DNA from: a virus
Virus record (IMG/VR): IMGVR_UViG_3300035181_000829
Span: 1 to 64,000 of that record
DNA: 64,000 nt
Direction: 5' to 3' (one strand)
Shown: positions 39,016 to 48,088 of the stretch, piece by piece
How positions within the stretch are numbered: the stretch's first letter is position 1
Layout of the letters: each line of letters begins with the position of its first letter
Notes under the pieces: generated by a model
Told to the model about the DNA's origin: nothing
Seen by the model: the letters and a program-made list of their open reading frames with translations, nothing else
Database searches by the model: none
Translations under genes and position numbers: made by a program

Positions 39016-39416
39016 ATGAATTTGCCTACTTGCTTGCAGAGCCGAAGATAGCAGCCGAGGACAGCACGCCAGTAAATGTCATCGCAGCTTACCTGCATAG
39101 TGACGGGACGCAGGTATCCGTAATCAGGCTCCACGTCATAATTCGTGTAAGTCATTGTGACCCGAAAAGTAGGGTGTGCTTTATTCAACTGCAATGTGCT
39201 GGTTTGGCAATCGGCGCGTGTAGATATACGGGTAGCAAATTCGTATGCGCCTTTGTTCGGCTTTTCGCCTACGCACTCCGCAATGCGCATGACCGTGGCG
39301 GCTTCTGCGCCTTCCTCGGTTTGCTGCAATCGATTGTAAAGGTCGTCAACGAGTGCGGTGAACTTGGCTTGCGCAAGTTTCTTGACGGGCACTCGGACGA
39401 TGATTTTCCGAGACAT
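39012..39416 (-). CDS. hypothetical protein
   Basis: 134 aa, basic N-terminus MSRKIIVRVPVKK. Confidence 0.6.
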   Translation of the reverse strand: MSRKIIVRVPVKKLAQAKFTALVDDLYNRLQQTEEGAEAATVMRIAECVGEKPNKGAYEFATRISTRADCQTSTLQLNKAHPTFRVTMTYTNYDVEPDYGYLRPVTMQVSCDDIYWRAVLGCYLRLCKQVGKFI

Positions 39417-39435
39417 GGTATGGACCCTTAAATGT

Positions 39436-39466
39436 GTTAGCCGGGCGAGGAAACGACCCGGCTAAC
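39436..39466. terminator. hairpin after the lysozyme gene
   Basis: GTTAGCCGGG-11 nt-CCCGGCTAAC inverted repeat. Confidence 0.5.
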
Positions 39467-39509
39467 TTGAGATGAGAAGATCGACGGAGAACCGATCCTG
39501 ATGGAAAGT

Positions 39510-40142
39510 TTAGACGAATTGGCCGGGATTGTCAAGGTAGTAGCGGTTCTCTATTGGGGAGATATGTGTGGCATTGGGGGAGAAGAACTGCTGCGCCCGG
39601 ATGATCCAGCCACCAAGCTGCCCGTTGGGCGTAATTGCATACTTGCGCATGGCCGGATTTCGGGCAACGAGGCCGTAGTAGAACTTTAGCCTTGCGTGAA
39701 CGTAAACGTCGTTCAACTCGCCCGGATAGCTGTCCATCGCGACGGCGCGGAAGGTCGCACCAAGGGTATGCGGGCCAATGGCACCGTCGATGGTCAGCGG
39801 CGCGTCGATCCTGTATGACACGATTTCCTGTAGCAGCTTGACCGACTGTGACCCCGCGTTCACGTTCATGTCGTAGACGTTCGCTTGCAGCGAATCCGGC
39901 AACATGTTGATCTTTGGCCCAACGAAGTAGTTCTTTTCGAAAATTTGGGCGGCGAGGTCAGGGGTCATCAGTTGCACATCGAGGGCGTTGATCGTGCCAT
40001 CGTGGTTGAGGTCGAGGCCAAGCCCGCGCATCGTGGCGAGTGTGACGCCATCCTTTGTCGGTCCTCCGGGGTCAGCCGGATCGTTGGTATATTTGTCACC
40101 TTCGCTACGAAGGATGCCAAGGGTTATATCTCTCACATTCAT
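39510..40142 (-). CDS. GH108-family lysozyme with peptidoglycan-binding region
   Basis: EG..YTNDPADPGGPTKDGVT, D..VNAG, DGAIGP.T, GWI.R. Confidence 0.88.
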   Translation of the reverse strand: MNVRDITLGILRSEGDKYTNDPADPGGPTKDGVTLATMRGLGLDLNHDGTINALDVQLMTPDLAAQIFEKNYFVGPKINMLPDSLQANVYDMNVNAGSQSVKLLQEIVSYRIDAPLTIDGAIGPHTLGATFRAVAMDSYPGELNDVYVHARLKFYYGLVARNPAMRKYAITPNGQLGGWIIRAQQFFSPNATHISPIENRYYLDNPGQFV

Positions 40143-40152
40143 CGGAAGCTCC

Positions 40153-40371
40153 TTAAACTTGTTTGTCCATCCACCATTTGGCGATGTCTATTTCGATCAT
40201 ATCGCCGGGGGCGGCGGTTTCGATTACTTCCAAGCTTTCTCCGCTCATGTTGGATTTGGGTATCCAGAGGCCAGACCGGACACCGTAGTCTGGGTGCGTG
40301 AAGGAACAACAGAACGCCAAGTCACGCTCGTCCTCTGCACGCACCAACATCGTAATAAAGCGGTCGATCAT
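40153..40371 (-). CDS. hypothetical protein
   Basis: WIPKS, I.IAKW; 72 aa. Confidence 0.6.
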   Translation of the reverse strand: MIDRFITMLVRAEDERDLAFCCSFTHPDYGVRSGLWIPKSNMSGESLEVIETAAPGDMIEIDIAKWWMDKQV

Positions 40372-40646
40372 TACAACACCATTTCCTTGAGGACTTTGGC
40401 CGGGGTGAACTTGATTTTCTTCTTGGCAGGAATGTCGATGGGTTCCCCGGTCATCGGGTTGCGGCCCTTGCGCGCCGCGCTTTCCTTGGCAGAGAACTTG
40501 CCGAAGCCCGTTATAAGCACGGAATCATCGTTTGCCATGATGGTGCTGATGTTAGCAAATGCTGCATCGATGATTTCCCGCACATCGGCGCGGCGGATGC
40601 CGGTCTTCGCCGCAACGATAACGATGAGGTCATTCATGGTAGCCAT
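40371..40646 (-). CDS. hup: HU/IHF-family DNA-binding protein
   Basis: ITGFGKFS....ARKGRNPMTGEPIDIPAKKKIKFTPAK.LK. Confidence 0.93.
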   Translation of the reverse strand: MATMNDLIVIVAAKTGIRRADVREIIDAAFANISTIMANDDSVLITGFGKFSAKESAARKGRNPMTGEPIDIPAKKKIKFTPAKVLKEMVL

Positions 40647-40926
40647 AGTAGTATCCTCTCTCTGGTTTGATTGTCTCAAAGATGGTTGACAGGGGGGTGA
40701 GGGCACTAAGACCCTCAGGCCAAGGCCCGCTATAGACGATACATATAACGTCTATGGATACCTTGCGATATTCGACTGTAAGGGCTACAGGATCAAAGAT
40801 TGCGTAGCCGTTGATTGAGGGGTTTCGCACACAGAGGTAGCCGTCGCCGCCCGGAGCGTATTCAGTGCACAACAGCGGCCCTACGACCGTATCAAGTATG
40901 AGAATCTGATCCCTTAGCTTTGCCAT
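40630..40926 (-). CDS. hypothetical protein
   Basis: ORF in packed minus-strand array; start uncertain. Confidence 0.4.
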   Translation of the reverse strand: MAKLRDQILILDTVVGPLLCTEYAPGGDGYLCVRNPSINGYAIFDPVALTVEYRKVSIDVICIVYSGPWPEGLSALTPLSTIFETIKPERGYYYGYHE

Positions 40927-41065
40927 CGACATACATCGCCTCAAATAAAAGAACGCGCCGCAGCGCCGCCTTCCTCATGTCCTCTGTCGCAGGCTTATCC
41001 GGCGACAGCAATTCACGCATGTCGCGAATAAGTAACTTACCCGCTTCCTCCGGTATGTCTGGCAT
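40892..41065 (-). CDS. hypothetical protein
   Basis: MPDIPEE with AAAGGGA SD, just after a palindrome copy. Confidence 0.5.
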   Translation of the reverse strand: MPDIPEEAGKLLIRDMRELLSPDKPATEDMRKAALRRVLLFEAMYVDGKAKGSDSHT

Positions 41066-41252
41066 GACGTTCCCTTTCGCTTGCAATCGATTGTATTACG
41101 CGGGTTAACGTAGCGTAGTCCTGTTCCAGAGTGATGATATTGATGGTTTTCCCCGCGCGCAGGACCAAGGTCGGTGTAAACCCGGCTGGGGCGTTGGCGA
41201 TAAGGGCAAGCGCCGCAGCGCGGTCATTTTCGCTTAGCAATAGCGTCGGCAT
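41037..41252 (-). CDS. hypothetical protein
   Basis: MPTLLLS...; packed array. Confidence 0.4.
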   Translation of the reverse strand: MPTLLLSENDRAAALALIANAPAGFTPTLVLRAGKTINIITLEQDYATLTRVIQSIASERERHARHTGGSG

Positions 41253-41278
41253 TGCCGGTGACCTGCGACGGATGCCCA

Positions 41279-41938
41279 CTAGAATACCCTCGGTGTGCGG
41301 CCACGTAGTTTGCCAGCCCAAGAATCCCGCATGATCTTGGGCATTTGCGCCACAGTCAATTTGTCCTCTTTCAGCATGGCAAGCCCGCGAAAGCGCAGTT
41401 CAGTTGCGCACTGTTGCGCGGTATACGTCCGCAGGCAAACACCTTCCCGCCATTCTTCGGCATACACCATAGGCCGGTTGGGTAGTATCTGTGGCGACCC
41501 CTCGTTGTCGAACACGATCATACCATCGGGTTTGACCATAAAGAACGTGCTCGGTTTCCTGGGATCGACAGTCATATCAACAAACGCACCAGTGGCGAGT
41601 TGCCTTTGTCGCACCGATTCCTTCACACCTATGTATGATGGAAGTGCCAGCCACGGACAAACGCGCAATGCGTATTCCGCACATTTCTGGTGCATCGGCG
41701 GATCACGATAGCAGCCGCGCGGATCGAGTGCAGACCGAATACCACCAAGCAGGAAAGCATCCTTGTTCAGTTTCTCCCCGCAGATCGCACACAGACCGCC
41801 AAGAATAGCCTGCATCACCATCCGGTTATCGTTGATCGCAAATTCCGGTCTGTTCATGGGTCCACGGTAAGCGATGAACGGAACAGGGTATCCGTTGTGC
41901 ATCGGCAGCTTGGCTATGCCTTCTGTCATAACGGCCAT
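41279..41938 (-). CDS. Cys/His metal-binding hypothetical protein
   Basis: GYPVPF, LCAICG, DPPMH..CAEYALRVCPWL. Confidence 0.65.
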   Translation of the reverse strand: MAVMTEGIAKLPMHNGYPVPFIAYRGPMNRPEFAINDNRMVMQAILGGLCAICGEKLNKDAFLLGGIRSALDPRGCYRDPPMHQKCAEYALRVCPWLALPSYIGVKESVRQRQLATGAFVDMTVDPRKPSTFFMVKPDGMIVFDNEGSPQILPNRPMVYAEEWREGVCLRTYTAQQCATELRFRGLAMLKEDKLTVAQMPKIMRDSWAGKLRGRTPRVF

Positions 41939-41948
41939 ACCTGAACCC

Positions 41949-42155
41949 TTATGTTGCCGCATGATCGACCACATCAGTCTTTTCCACATCAAGAAAATGT
42001 TTGAGCGTATCCAGCAACGCTTGTGTGCACCAAGCCTCCCGCTCTCTGCGCACCATCACAGTATCCGTAACGATGAACCCATCATCAACCTTGGTTCCCG
42101 CTGTAACGAGGTGAATCGTAATCCCACTGTAGTAAGTCGTCCGTTCGTCTGCCAT
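41949..42155 (-). CDS. hypothetical protein
   Basis: 68 aa ORF in packed array. Confidence 0.5.
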   Translation of the reverse strand: MADERTTYYSGITIHLVTAGTKVDDGFIVTDTVMVRREREAWCTQALLDTLKHFLDVEKTDVVDHAAT

Positions 42156-42159
42156 TATT

Positions 42160-42345
42160 TCAACTTTCGGGATAGAGTTTTTCTAGTTCTCCGAGGCTCA
42201 TGTGCTCGTGTTCGACGGGAAGTGTTACAGCGTCCTTGATCTTGCGTTTTCTCCCATCAGAGTTGATCGTCATCGGGAAGGAATCCTGCGAACGAGCGGA
42301 CCATTGTCCGGTGATAAGCATCTCCCTGTAGAAGTATACGGCCAT
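42160..42345 (-). CDS. hypothetical protein
   Basis: MAVYFY...LGELEKLYP with GAGG SD. Confidence 0.55.
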   Translation of the reverse strand: MAVYFYREMLITGQWSARSQDSFPMTINSDGRKRKIKDAVTLPVEHEHMSLGELEKLYPES

Positions 42346-42616
42346 CTGACAACCTCTTATGTTCTTCGTCGTCGTTTTCTGGAAGCAATTCCTCGTATAC
42401 TCTTTCCGTGACCTCTTCATAACCAATTTCAGCGGCGAGGAAGTCGGTGACCCGCTGCGCGACGGCGTTGACTAACTCACGGTCGCGCCGGTCGCGGACG
42501 CCTATACTGGACAGGCCATCGAGCATCTCTAATCTTGCCATCATCCGCTGCTCGACCTCAGTGAAATCGACAGTGACAAGAGTGTCTGTTGCCAACAACT
42601 CGCTAAGCAATGGCAT
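42257..42616 (-). CDS. hypothetical protein
   Basis: MPLLSEL with GAGGGGGA SD; DFTEVEQRMMA. Confidence 0.5.
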   Translation of the reverse strand: MPLLSELLATDTLVTVDFTEVEQRMMARLEMLDGLSSIGVRDRRDRELVNAVAQRVTDFLAAEIGYEEVTERVYEELLPENDDEEHKRLSDGRILLQGDAYHRTMVRSFAGFLPDDDQL

Positions 42617-42794
42617 GTGCGCGATCCCCCCTCGGTGGTAGAGCAAACTCGAACACCGTAACGCCATTCGGTCTTACAACTTCTCGACGTAGCAGCTTGC
42701 CAATACGATGTTTTTGATGCAGCCGGTAAGCATGTATTCCAATCTTTGCGCTGGACTGAAATACATGCGACAGCCCTTTGATCGAATCACTCAT
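42603..42794 (-). CDS. hypothetical protein
   Basis: 63 aa ORF with GGAG SD. Confidence 0.5.
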   Translation of the reverse strand: MSDSIKGLSHVFQSSAKIGIHAYRLHQKHRIGKLLRREVVRPNGVTVFEFALPPRGDRAHAIA

Positions 42795-42825
42795 GGGGGT
42801 GTTCTCCGTTCAATGAGCCGACAGT

Positions 42826-43194
42826 TTAGACGATCTTGCCCCGCATGTCCATATAGAAATGTGGAAGATCGGGGTCCGCGTCCCGCACATACCCCCGCCG
42901 CTCTAGATAATTCGCAAGGTGAGGGTTAAGCACGTTCTCGAACTGGACGATGGGCGACAACGCCTCGCAAGCAGCGCAGATCACATTCATCCGACCGCGC
43001 TGCTCAGTTGGAGCAATGATGTTGGCGATGACGATCTTGTCTTGCCGAAGTCGCATGTAAGCGTCGAAGGCTGGAACCTCGCAACCACGGTAATGTATCC
43101 AGTCCGATACCGTTTGAAGCGGCCCGTATACAAGCTTGGGTATCGAAGCCGCCTTGAACGTTGCAATCGAATGTAGCACGGTATACTTGATCAT
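42826..43194 (-). CDS. possible GNAT-like protein
   Basis: IVIANI...EQRG and ENVLNPHLANYLERRGY resemble GNAT motifs A and B. Confidence 0.4.
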   Translation of the reverse strand: MIKYTVLHSIATFKAASIPKLVYGPLQTVSDWIHYRGCEVPAFDAYMRLRQDKIVIANIIAPTEQRGRMNVICAACEALSPIVQFENVLNPHLANYLERRGYVRDADPDLPHFYMDMRGKIV

Positions 43195-43275
43195 CCTCGT
43201 AGCTCCGCAATGGGTTGGTTTACGCTATTAGCGCAGTTCAGCATTCAGCTCTAGTTTTGTGGGAATGATGGATTC

Positions 43276-43440
43276 CTATTTGAAGTCGCGCAGGCGCTTG
43301 GCGTAGTCGGTGACAAGCTTTTCGTATTTCTGAGTAGAGAAGCGAATACCATCGGCATATCCAAGCCAATACATTGCATAGCCAAGAGCCGCGATTCCGA
43401 TTGCACCGACGATGATGTTGAAGACGGAACCGAACATCAT
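43276..43440 (-). CDS. small membrane protein
   Basis: N-terminal TM helix followed by GYADG. Confidence 0.5.
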   Translation of the reverse strand: MMFGSVFNIIVGAIGIAALGYAMYWLGYADGIRFSTQKYEKLVTDYAKRLRDFK

Positions 43441-43625
43441 TTCTGAACCCCATGCTTTTTGATGCAATCGACGCTAACGCACTCGCCAAGGTGGTTCACC
43501 TGAGTCGGCCCGCACCCTTCGCACAACACGACAGGATACAGCCCGGCCTTGGTGTCTTCCTCGGTAGAAAGGCCAGCAAGGTCTTTGTAGTCTGTCTCGG
43601 AACACTGTTTGCAGAAATCAGCCAC
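43437..43625 (-). CDS. small Cys-rich protein
   Basis: GTG start with AGGAG SD; FCKQC, CEGCG, C...C..KHG. Confidence 0.6.
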   Translation of the reverse strand: MADFCKQCSETDYKDLAGLSTEEDTKAGLYPVVLCEGCGPTQVNHLGECVSVDCIKKHGVQK

Positions 43626-43672
43626 GTTTGTCTCTCCTGTCAATCCGTTCAATAGCCGCGAGCCGTTCGATC

Positions 43673-44032
43673 CTATTTCGTCTCGCAGAATATGAGTTCC
43701 ATGTAGTTGATGTATCGCATAGGGTATTCACCAACAAGAGCAAGAGGTCTGACGCCGACCGAAAGGCTGCTGTCGGCAGTAGCGTAGGCCGTCATCACTT
43801 CCAGCCGAACGTGAGGCGCTTTTACCCACGTGCATTGATGGCCGATGTTGGTTCCGATTGATTTCAGATAATTGCGCTGAAATTCAATCATCGGAAGACT
43901 CTTACCGGGAGGTAGCTTGTGTTCGCTCGACAGACGAATGTATTCCATCAGGTCGTCGTATTCCTGATCGACCAGCCTGCGGCGACGTTCGAGTTCCGCG
44001 AGTTTTCTCGCAGGTGTATATATGATGCGCAT
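43673..44032 (-). CDS. hypothetical protein
   Basis: MRIIYTP with GGAG SD. Confidence 0.55.
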   Translation of the reverse strand: MRIIYTPARKLAELERRRRLVDQEYDDLMEYIRLSSEHKLPPGKSLPMIEFQRNYLKSIGTNIGHQCTWVKAPHVRLEVMTAYATADSSLSVGVRPLALVGEYPMRYINYMELIFCETK

Positions 44033-44115
44033 TAGTGTGGCTCCGGTGTTTATAGTGGATTGTAGCATCGGGCCATCAGTGGTGCAAGTGGTAGTCCGCG
44101 TTCTGCTTTTGGACA

Positions 44116-44231
44116 TTTTCGTTATATCTGCTAGGATTTTTCGTTATATCTTTTCGCTATATATGCTGGAAATTTTTAGACATTTTCGTTATAATCATTT
44201 GTACATTTTTGCTGGAAATTTTTAGACATTT
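44116..44231. repeat. T-rich direct-repeat cluster
   Basis: TTTTCG(T/C)TATA at 44116, 44138, 44151, 44183; GCTGGAAATTTTTAGACATTT at 44165 and 44211. Confidence 0.85.
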
Positions 44232-44434
44232 CACGCTAGGGGGGTGTGTTTTAGGCGAATTGTGAAAGAATTGTGGCTTAAATGTGGCGGCTAGCGTAGG
44301 TGGCATATGCAGCGCAAGCGGCGATTGTCGCGATTAGCGCAAGGATAGGGTGCGCATTAGCATATCCCGTAATGGTATGGAGAAGGTCGGTATAGGTGGT
44401 ATGGGCTTGCATAGTGTTATCCCGCGATGGTGTA

Positions 44435-44458
44435 GACGCGGGGCTTGAACCCCGCGTC
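44435..44458. terminator. GC-rich hairpin after 44476-44997
   Basis: GACGCGGGG-loop-CCCCGCGTC, no clear U tract. Confidence 0.5.
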
Positions 44459-44475
44459 GTGTTGAAGCTTGCGGC

Positions 44476-44997
44476 TTAGGCGGTGACGCTACCGTAGGTT
44501 TTGCCGCTTGCGGTGAATCGCAGCAGCAGTTGGGTTTGCCCGTCGGTGTAACCCGAATGCCCGTCCGCAAAGGTATGCTTCGCGCCGGTGCCCGCGACGG
44601 GTTCGAGAATGCCCGCGTTGATGAAAACGGCGGCAACCGCATTGTCGAGCCCGCGTGCAGGGAAGGGTTTGTCCGTGCCGTAGGTTTTGCGAATATTGTA
44701 GAGAAGCGGCATATCCCGTTCGGTGGAAGGCTTGCGCGCGTGAGCCGTGAGTTTGATAGCCGTTTTACGGTTGGCGTTGATCGGCTTCGATGCGCCGCCG
44801 TAACCCGATTGCAAGCCCGCTTCGCGATGGAAATGAACGAGAGGTGCTTTCGCCGGGATGGTGGTCGCCGGGATGGTGGTGACGGTTTCCGCTTTCGTGA
44901 TGCGCTTGGCGCTTGCCGATTTCGCCGGGGTGCGCTTGGCGCGCGCCGGTTTCGCTGGGGCGATGGTAGCAGGAAGATTCGTGATGGTGTTTTGCAT
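44476..44997 (-). CDS. basic protein with H1-like Pro/Ala/Lys N-tail; paralog of 48995-49489
   Basis: PAKPARAKRTPAKSASAKR tail; shares H.HR.AGL, PINA.RK, FPA.GLDN, TDGQTQ, G.TYG with its paralog. Confidence 0.7.
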   Translation of the reverse strand: MQNTITNLPATIAPAKPARAKRTPAKSASAKRITKAETVTTIPATTIPAKAPLVHFHREAGLQSGYGGASKPINANRKTAIKLTAHARKPSTERDMPLLYNIRKTYGTDKPFPARGLDNAVAAVFINAGILEPVAGTGAKHTFADGHSGYTDGQTQLLLRFTASGKTYGSVTA

Positions 44998-45490
44998 GTC
45001 GTTAGTCCCGTTTGCGGCGCGCTTGATTGCGGTTGTGCCGTGACGCGATATTACGCGGCAATTGTGGCAAGAATAAGGCGCTTGCAATGGATTGTAAGCC
45101 GCGCGCGGGGGCCGCCGTGGAGTTGGGAAGGGGCGTCGGGAAGGGGCCGCCGTGACGCTGGAAGGGGTGCTACGCGGCAAGGTCGGGTTTAGGCTGTAAG
45201 GATATGTCGGGCGGCAGAGTTCGCCGTGTAGGACGAAAAAGGGTTTTCCGTAGGTGGAAACGGATTGTTGACCGCTATATGTAGTGTTACCCCGCGTTAG
45301 GTGCGGATTAGGTATTGACGCCGCGCCGGAAGTATGAATCGAGGCGGCAGGGCGATTCGCGCAAGAATGTTTCGTCGCTGATTTGGGGCGAATGCAAAAG
45401 TCGTTATGTGATGCCGCGCCGGAAACGATAAAGAGTGATTAGTCGTTATAACGAAACGGTAACGAATTGTTACGGAAGGCATTTTTCGGA

Positions 45491-45519
45491 TTGACGGTTG
45501 GGCGGTGGCATGTTATAAT
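45491..45519 (+). promoter_or_regulatory. consensus sigma70-type promoter, antisense to all genes
   Basis: TTGACG-17 bp-TATAAT with extended -10 TG. Confidence 0.75.
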
Positions 45520-45534
45520 AGGGTGCCGGACTGT

Positions 45535-45598
45535 GCCGCACAGCCTGTCAGCCGCACAGCCTGTCAGCCGCACAGCCTATCAATCAATCAGCCTGTCA
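45535..45598 (+). repeat. 16-bp tandem repeat x4
   Basis: GCCGCACAGCCTGTCA x2, GCCGCACAGCCTATCA, ATCAATCAGCCTGTCA. Confidence 0.9.
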
Positions 45599-45735
45599 TC
45601 TTCACCATCTCCATCATCTTCTACTCCTACATGCACATTAACTACCCATCTTCTTCATCTTCGTTATCATGCACATTAACTACCCTACAACTTCTTCATC
45701 TTCATCATCTACTCCTACATATACATTAACTACCC
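45599..45735 (+). repeat. G-poor tract with CATTAACTACCC x3
   Basis: Copies at 45636, 45674, 45724. Confidence 0.9.
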
Positions 45736-45740
45736 TAGAC

Positions 45741-45773
45741 AAAGAAAAGCCCCACATCTTTCAATGTGAGGCG
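45741..45773 (-). terminator. rho-independent terminator
   Basis: Minus strand GCCTCACAT-loop-ATGTGGGGC-TTTTCTTT. Confidence 0.7.
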
Positions 45774-45778
45774 ATTCT

Positions 45779-46090
45779 TCACCAATCGGTGTTGGCTTCG
45801 TCGTAGGCACGCTGGCTATGTGTGCCATAGAGTTCGATGCTGATGATCCTCGATTCGGGATAAGCTTCCCGCGCCTTGGTCCGCGCGTCGTTGGCCGACT
45901 TGGCGGTTTCTTCGACGGTAAATTCCATCCCGTCTTCGCCGAGGAGCAGGATTTCATACTTGATCTGCTTGATGGGTTCCGGCCCGGTGAGCACACGCAT
46001 CTGGTGCTCCGTGAGGGCACGCTTGCCCGCCGCGACCTTGGTGATAGACTTCTGTGCGAGAAACGCCGCGATCAGTTCCGAGTCATTCAT
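45779..46090 (-). CDS. early hypothetical protein
   Basis: MNDSELIAAFLAQKSITKV; AAACGGAGCAAA RBS. Confidence 0.7.
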   Translation of the reverse strand: MNDSELIAAFLAQKSITKVAAGKRALTEHQMRVLTGPEPIKQIKYEILLLGEDGMEFTVEETAKSANDARTKAREAYPESRIISIELYGTHSQRAYDEANTDW

Positions 46091-46171
46091 TTGTTTGCTC
46101 CGTTTTTAGGGCATAAGTGCCCGCAGTTGTATTCGCACGGGCACTTCTTTGTTGCAATGTATCGCAGCAGA

Positions 46172-46474
46172 TCAGATGCGGTATTTCAGGATGGTGTCGC
46201 CCTCGCGCAGTTCCCGGCTGAGAATGTAGTCTTCATACGGAATGTCGTGGGTGCCGCCCGCGTCGTAGTGGCGCATCACGCATCGAGCGAAGGCTTCCGG
46301 GTTTGCTTCCCACTCACCCATGATGGCCGAACGTCCTACCTTAACGGTGAACCCGCCATCAACCATGCGGGAATGATCGTTGAACCAAACTTTCCCGGTT
46401 TCGCCGTCGAACTCGGCGGTGATGACCTGCCCACGATCAGTGTAGAGACGGGAGGTATTGAACGTGATCTTCAT
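46172..46474 (-). CDS. hypothetical protein
   Basis: FNTSRLYTDRGQVITA, FNDHSRMVDG; AGGAG SD. Confidence 0.7.
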   Translation of the reverse strand: MKITFNTSRLYTDRGQVITAEFDGETGKVWFNDHSRMVDGGFTVKVGRSAIMGEWEANPEAFARCVMRHYDAGGTHDIPYEDYILSRELREGDTILKYRI

Positions 46475-46707
46475 TTGCTGTCTCCTGTGGAGGCAAAGTG
46501 CAGGTTGTAGACGCCATAGAAGCCGTTATCGGGGCAATCCCGCAGGCGAGTGCTTTCCGCCTTTGCTTCGAGTTCCGTGAATTTCTCGCGCGGGAAAAGG
46601 CGGCGATCCGAGTAGTCTTCGCTCCAACCCTCCATTCCGTGATAGGTGGTGTAGTATTGCGTCCCATCTTGGTTCCGCATGGTGATGTATCCGAGTTCCG
46701 TGGTCAT
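46471..46707 (-). CDS. hypothetical protein
   Basis: MTTELGY, after a promoter/hairpin/RBS cassette. Confidence 0.6.
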   Translation of the reverse strand: MTTELGYITMRNQDGTQYYTTYHGMEGWSEDYSDRRLFPREKFTELEAKAESTRLRDCPDNGFYGVYNLHFASTGDSK

Positions 46708-46711
46708 GGTC

Positions 46712-46786
46712 TTTGTTCCGTTTGTTATGGGCATAGGTGCCCGCAGAAACGTTACCGCGAGCACTTCTTTGTTGCAATGGATTGTA
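46712..46786 (-). promoter_or_regulatory. early promoter cassette (palindrome variant overlapping -35, 17 bp, -10, hairpin, RBS)
   Basis: TTGCAA (46777-46772), 17 bp, TAACGT (46754-46749), GGGCAcctaTGCCC hairpin; sister cassettes at about 46095-46166 and 47120-47195. Confidence 0.7.
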
Positions 46787-46789
46787 GCA

Positions 46790-47116
46790 TTACTTTCTCG
46801 TCGGATCGTCCCCAACAATGAAGTAGAGAAAGCGGGTGGCTATGCTGTGGGCGGGAATGACGAACTCGCTCACGTCGTTATTCTCCTGTGCAGCAATACA
46901 GTAGGCGAGCGCAGCAAGCGCGTTCTCCACCGTGTTATACCAGCCTTTCGCATTGAGGAAATCACTGACCACGTAGGCGGCTTGGCCGGGTTGCTCGAAC
47001 TCGGTGTCCATCACCGATCCGCCGCTAAGTGCGATGGTGCCGAGCGGTTCGCCAGTCTCGTTGGCATACTCCGCCATATCCACGTTGTCGATCACTTCAC
47101 AGGTAACTTTGACCAT
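46790..47116 (-). CDS. acidic hypothetical protein
   Basis: MVKVTCE, after cassette with GGAG SD. Confidence 0.6.
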   Translation of the reverse strand: MVKVTCEVIDNVDMAEYANETGEPLGTIALSGGSVMDTEFEQPGQAAYVVSDFLNAKGWYNTVENALAALAYCIAAQENNDVSEFVIPAHSIATRFLYFIVGDDPTRK

Positions 47117-47198
47117 TTTATCGCTCCATTTGTTCATGGGCATGAGTGCCCGTGTTAACGTTCGCAGGGGGACAACATTGTTGCAATGGATTGCAGCG

Positions 47199-47435
47199 TT
47201 ACTTGTCATACCCAGCTTTGATGAGTTCGCGGATTGCAAGCAGCCCGCTAAGATGGGACTCGACCATCCTGTAGTAGGCGCCCGGTGTCACCCTTTTCAG
47301 TTCTTTCTGGTAATCTTCCACCAGCCAATCAATTTCTGGCAGGATGAAGCCGCAGGCTGATTTTGACAACTTGACACCCGCGTTCGGGTGGAACTCCAAG
47401 CTGTCCTTGAACATTTCCTTGTAGGTGATCGCCAT
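47199..47435 (-). CDS. hypothetical protein
   Basis: MAITYKE with AAACGGAGCAAA RBS. Confidence 0.65.
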   Translation of the reverse strand: MAITYKEMFKDSLEFHPNAGVKLSKSACGFILPEIDWLVEDYQKELKRVTPGAYYRMVESHLSGLLAIRELIKAGYDK

Positions 47436-47484
47436 TTCATTTGCTCCGTTTGTGGTGGGCGGGTTGTTAGCCCGCCCGGTTTCG

Positions 47485-47799
47485 TTAGTAGCTTGCAAAA
47501 GTTTGCTTGCGACGTTTGCTAGGGTAAACGACGCTAAACCGTTCCGTGGTTTTCCCGTTTACCGTGGCGATGATTTGCCGCGCGGCAGTGCAGCGCAGGA
47601 TAACGAGTCCGCCGCAAGCGATTGCAGCAGTTTCGCCGGGTTGCAGTTCGATGATTTTGGCAACGTTGGAAAACGGATGCACGGGTTGCAGGTCGAAAGA
47701 CCGCGTGCATTCCGAGCCGCGCGGAAAGAAGTTAACCGACGCACCCGTAAACGGGTTGTAGGAGAAGGAGAAGACGCTAGGCGTTTGCTTGCTAAGCAT
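47485..47799 (-). CDS. hypothetical protein
   Basis: Preceded by TTGTAG-17-TAACAT promoter (47881-47853), hairpin and SD. Confidence 0.55.
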   Translation of the reverse strand: MLSKQTPSVFSFSYNPFTGASVNFFPRGSECTRSFDLQPVHPFSNVAKIIELQPGETAAIACGGLVILRCTAARQIIATVNGKTTERFSVVYPSKRRKQTFASY

Positions 47800-47929
47800 G
47801 TTGGTAGCCCCGTTTGCTAAGGCATCCGCTTATTACGGAATGCCGCAGCTTTATGTTATACGGACCCCTACATTGCTACAATTGATTATTATTATTCTTT
47901 GTTGCTGCCCGCGATCTATCTTCGCACTG

Positions 47930-48085
47930 CTACATAACATCTTCTCCTTCTCCCGCGTATACTTCTCCTTCTCCTTCTTCTCCATCCGCATGTAATTCAC
48001 CATCATCTCCATCAACTTCGTTATACCCATTAACTACCCTTCTTCTTCATCTTCAATGACTTACAATGCTCATTAACTACCCATC
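47930..48085 (+). repeat. G-poor tract with CATTAACTACCC x2
   Basis: Copies at 48028 and 48071; CTTCTC repeats. Confidence 0.85.
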
Positions 48086-48088
48086 AAC

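Noticed and set aside
44240-45480. tRNA or known structured RNA in the intergenic gaps
   Set aside because: No cloverleaf or T-loop pattern found by eye; an Infernal or tRNAscan run is still needed.
45467-45729. Plus-strand ORFs of 70 and 74 aa, and 48618-48917
   Set aside because: They are low-complexity translations of repeat tracts, have no SD, and the first two start upstream of the predicted transcription start.
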